The position numbers were made by a program, and so were the translations under genes. The notes below the pieces were generated by a model. That model saw only the letters and a program-made list of their open reading frames with translations. It searched no databases and was not told the DNA's origin. A stretch of 64,000 nucleotides of DNA from contig JAJUGR010000005.1 of the NCBI GenBank assembly GCA_029265905.1, forward strand, positions 68,753 to 132,752, given 5' to 3'. Shown piece after piece: positions 61,072 to 64,000 of the stretch. Every line of letters starts with the position of its first letter. Position 1 is the first letter of the stretch. Source of the stretch: Sporomusaceae bacterium (GTDB lineage Bacteria; Bacillota; Negativicutes; Acidaminococcales; JAJUGR01).

Positions 61072-63076
61072 AGGTTTTAGGCGGAGTCGGCGGCACCGGG
61101 ACGGTCGGTTTCGTATCCTGCTTGCCGTCATCCGGTTTAGCGCCGGGCTGCTTCGGCGGAACCGGCGGCTTGCCAGGCGTCGCTGGCGTTGTTTTGCCTG
61201 GCGGCGCAGCCCCTTCCTTCTTGGGCTCTTCCTTAATAGCCGGCTCTGACGGAATGTACACGCCGCTGGGGCGGATAAAATCATGCACCGGTATGCCTTT
61301 GTGCGCCTCGGACATGAATTTTCGCCAGATGACGGCTGGGGTAGTGCCGCCTGTCATGCCGTCGAGATCGCTGGCAATGTCATTGCCGACCCAAACGGCG
61401 GCCGATATATCGGGCGTAAAACCGACGAACCAGGCATCCTTATATTCGCTAGTTGTGCCCGTTTTGCCGGCGGCAGGGCGCCCGAAGTATGCAGCCGTTC
61501 CTGTGCCGCGCGTCAAGACATCCTGCATCATGTCAACCAATACGTAAGCACTTTTGGGATTAACTGCCGCTTTTTGCTTCGGCGAGCTGTTGTAGATGGT
61601 TTTGCCGGAACGGTCGACGATTTTGGTTACGGCGATGGGCTCCACATGGACGCCTTGATTAGCTAACACGCCGTAAGCGCTGGCCATTTCCAGTGGCGTG
61701 ACGCCGCGCGTCAGGCCGCCTAACGCCATGGCAAGATTGCGGTCATTGACCGATCCGTTTAGCGCCAGGGTGGTCAAGCCCATTTGCTGCGCATAGTACA
61801 ATACCTTTTCCGGCGTCAACTGCTGGGTCAGCAAGATAACCGGCACGTTGTAGGATTGCGCCAAAGCAGTCCGCAGGCTGACCTTGCCGTGGTAACGGCG
61901 ATCGTAATTCTGCGGCTCCCAGCCGTTGAAGGAGATCGCCTTGTCTTCAATGATCGTGGCCGGCGTCAATCCGCTTTCGAGGGCAGCCAAATAAACAAAA
62001 GGCTTGAAGGCGGAGCCGGGCTGCCGTTCGGCCAACACGGCGCGGTTAAACTGGTCATTGCCGCGGCCGCCAACCATCGCTTTAATATGACCGGAACTAG
62101 GTTCAATGGCGACGAGGGCGCCCTGGGGCTGCTTCAGCTTGTTGCTGTCCGTGTAATAGGTCGGCAGTTCTTGAATCGCTTTCTCAGCAGCGATCTGCAT
62201 ATCCATATCGAGCGTGGTGTAGATCTTCATGCCTTCCTTGTAGACCGCGTCAGCGCCATATTTGTCGACCAGTTGCTGCGTGACGTAGTCAAGGAAGTAA
62301 TCCAATATGCCGGTGTTTTTTTTCTGGCTTGTCGATAAAACAATTTTTTCCGCTTTGGCATCGGCGGCTTCTTTTGCCGTGATCAGGTTATACTTGGCCA
62401 TTTGATCAAGGACAACTTCCTGACGTTCCTTTGCCGCCTTTAGGTTGTTGTGAGGCGAGTAATAATTCGGGCTTTTAGGTATCCCGGCAATCATGGCGCA
62501 TTCGGCAAGTGACAGCTTGTCAACGTGCTTGTCGAAGTACACCAGGGCTGCGGCTTCGACGCCGTAGGCGCCCTGGCCGAAATAGATTTGATTGAGGTAC
62601 ATCTCCAGGATTTCTCTCTTGCTGTATTGGCGCTCTAACTGCAGCGCGAGGAAGGCTTCCTGAATTTTGCGTTTGAAAGTTCTTTCTTGCGTCAACAAGG
62701 CGTTTTTGGCTAGCTGCTGAGTGATTGTGCTGCCGCCTTCGGCGACGCCCTGGTTGGAAATGTTTGTCCAGACTGCCCGCAGAATGCCGCGGGGGTCAAT
62801 GCCGTGATGCTGGTAAAAACGGACATCCTCGGCGGCTATAAAAGCATTCTGCAGGTTGGCCGGCACTCGGTCGATCCGCACGGGCAAGCGGTTTTCGGCA
62901 GACGCGGTGGTGCCGATCAAATTGCCGCGGCTGTCGTAAAATTGGGAGGAGGCAGCCTGCTGCAGTTCAGACCCCAATTGCGGCAGGGATTGAAAACTGG
63001 CGGTAATGAAACCTAGGCCAGCGCCGGCGCCGAGTACGGTTAATACCGTGCAGATAACTAGAATAATTTTAACCAT
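61070..63076 (-). CDS. Class A penicillin-binding protein (PBP1A family)
   Basis: AEDVRFYQHHG, GGSTITQQ, RKIQE; QPGSAFKP, SYN, KTGT; Pro-rich tail. Confidence 0.94.
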   Translation of the reverse strand: MVKIILVICTVLTVLGAGAGLGFITASFQSLPQLGSELQQAASSQFYDSRGNLIGTTASAENRLPVRIDRVPANLQNAFIAAEDVRFYQHHGIDPRGILRAVWTNISNQGVAEGGSTITQQLAKNALLTQERTFKRKIQEAFLALQLERQYSKREILEMYLNQIYFGQGAYGVEAAALVYFDKHVDKLSLAECAMIAGIPKSPNYYSPHNNLKAAKERQEVVLDQMAKYNLITAKEAADAKAEKIVLSTSQKKNTGILDYFLDYVTQQLVDKYGADAVYKEGMKIYTTLDMDMQIAAEKAIQELPTYYTDSNKLKQPQGALVAIEPSSGHIKAMVGGRGNDQFNRAVLAERQPGSAFKPFVYLAALESGLTPATIIEDKAISFNGWEPQNYDRRYHGKVSLRTALAQSYNVPVILLTQQLTPEKVLYYAQQMGLTTLALNGSVNDRNLAMALGGLTRGVTPLEMASAYGVLANQGVHVEPIAVTKIVDRSGKTIYNSSPKQKAAVNPKSAYVLVDMMQDVLTRGTGTAAYFGRPAAGKTGTTSEYKDAWFVGFTPDISAAVWVGNDIASDLDGMTGGTTPAVIWRKFMSEAHKGIPVHDFIRPSGVYIPSEPAIKEEPKKEGAAPPGKTTPATPGKPPVPPKQPGAKPDDGKQDTKPTVPVPPTPPKT

Positions 63077-63396
63077 TCTTCATCGTTCTCCGTTATTCAG
63101 ATTTTTGGCGCCGGGAAAGCTTTCCGCAGCGACAAAATTACTACTAGGTATTATACCATATAATGTAGGAATGGTTAGTGTTTTATCGAAAACTAAGTTC
63201 ATATGTTGCGTTTGTGATTTAGCGAATGGGCGAGAATGCCGGTGATTATCGAACTGCATCACTGCTAATCAGTAATAATTAGACAATCTGCTTGATATTC
63301 AGGATTGCCCAGGCGGCAATCTGAGTGGTACTATATAACAGTCGTCCCGTGCGCTGCTTGACAACGATAAGCAGCGAAGATTGTGAAATTAAATTG

Positions 63397-63425
63397 TTGA
63401 CAAACGTGCGGCGGCGTGATAAAAT
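63397..63425 (+). promoter_or_regulatory. rRNA operon promoter
   Basis: TTGACA-17-TAAAAT with extended TG and AT-rich upstream element; boxA-like GTCCTTGAGAACT downstream. Confidence 0.85.
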
Positions 63426-63576
63426 ACAAAGGCCGTCGGGGGATGGCGCAGGTCCTTGAGAACTGAATAAGAGAGAATGTCGGATGTGTGTACACGGTTT
63501 TCACCGGAAGGTGGAAAACGCGTCAAAAACAATAAACTTAGTTAATACAAAGAGCCAAGCGTTCTTCGTAGATAAT

Positions 63577-64000
<424 letters not shown>

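Noticed and set aside
61070-61260. Pro/Lys-rich low-complexity tail of PBP1A (and Pro/Ala tail of PBP2) as a repeat element
   Set aside because: Ordinary disordered PBP C-termini, with no nucleotide-level tandem repeat.

Overview
Core-chromosome window from an anaerobic, probably diderm Firmicute. Negativicutes/Sporomusaceae-like is inferred from the Firmicute-type T-boxes, Prp/L27 system and 16S signature occurring together with minE and an ArnT-type envelope-modification operon. Gene order: mrdA(partial)-minCDE-rodA, radical SAM pair, rng, rplU-prp-rpmA-obgE-proBA, MacAB-like ABC exporter, nadD-yqeK-LCP-rsfS, an amino-sugar envelope/lipid A modification operon with a two-component system, tRNA-Ala(GGC), PAP2 fusion, internally deleted dinB, gltBD, a small redox/stress patch, yajQ, thrS-infC-rpmI-rplT, a divergent class II aldolase, ktrBA, pheST, zapA, U32 protein, mutS2, PBP1A, and the 5' end of a 16S rRNA gene carrying a ~120-nt helix-6 insertion. 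No transposase, integrase, prophage or CRISPR array was seen. The most notable signal is a 90-aa stand-alone protein (39527-39799). It consists of the class III ribonucleotide reductase glycyl-radical loop/C-terminus on an unrecognised N-terminal domain, has its own promoter, and is preceded by two NrdR-type boxes 31 bp apart. It is a candidate 'spare part' (GrcA/YfiD analogue) or split radical subunit for NrdD. All functional calls rest on motif recognition by eye; no database search was run.
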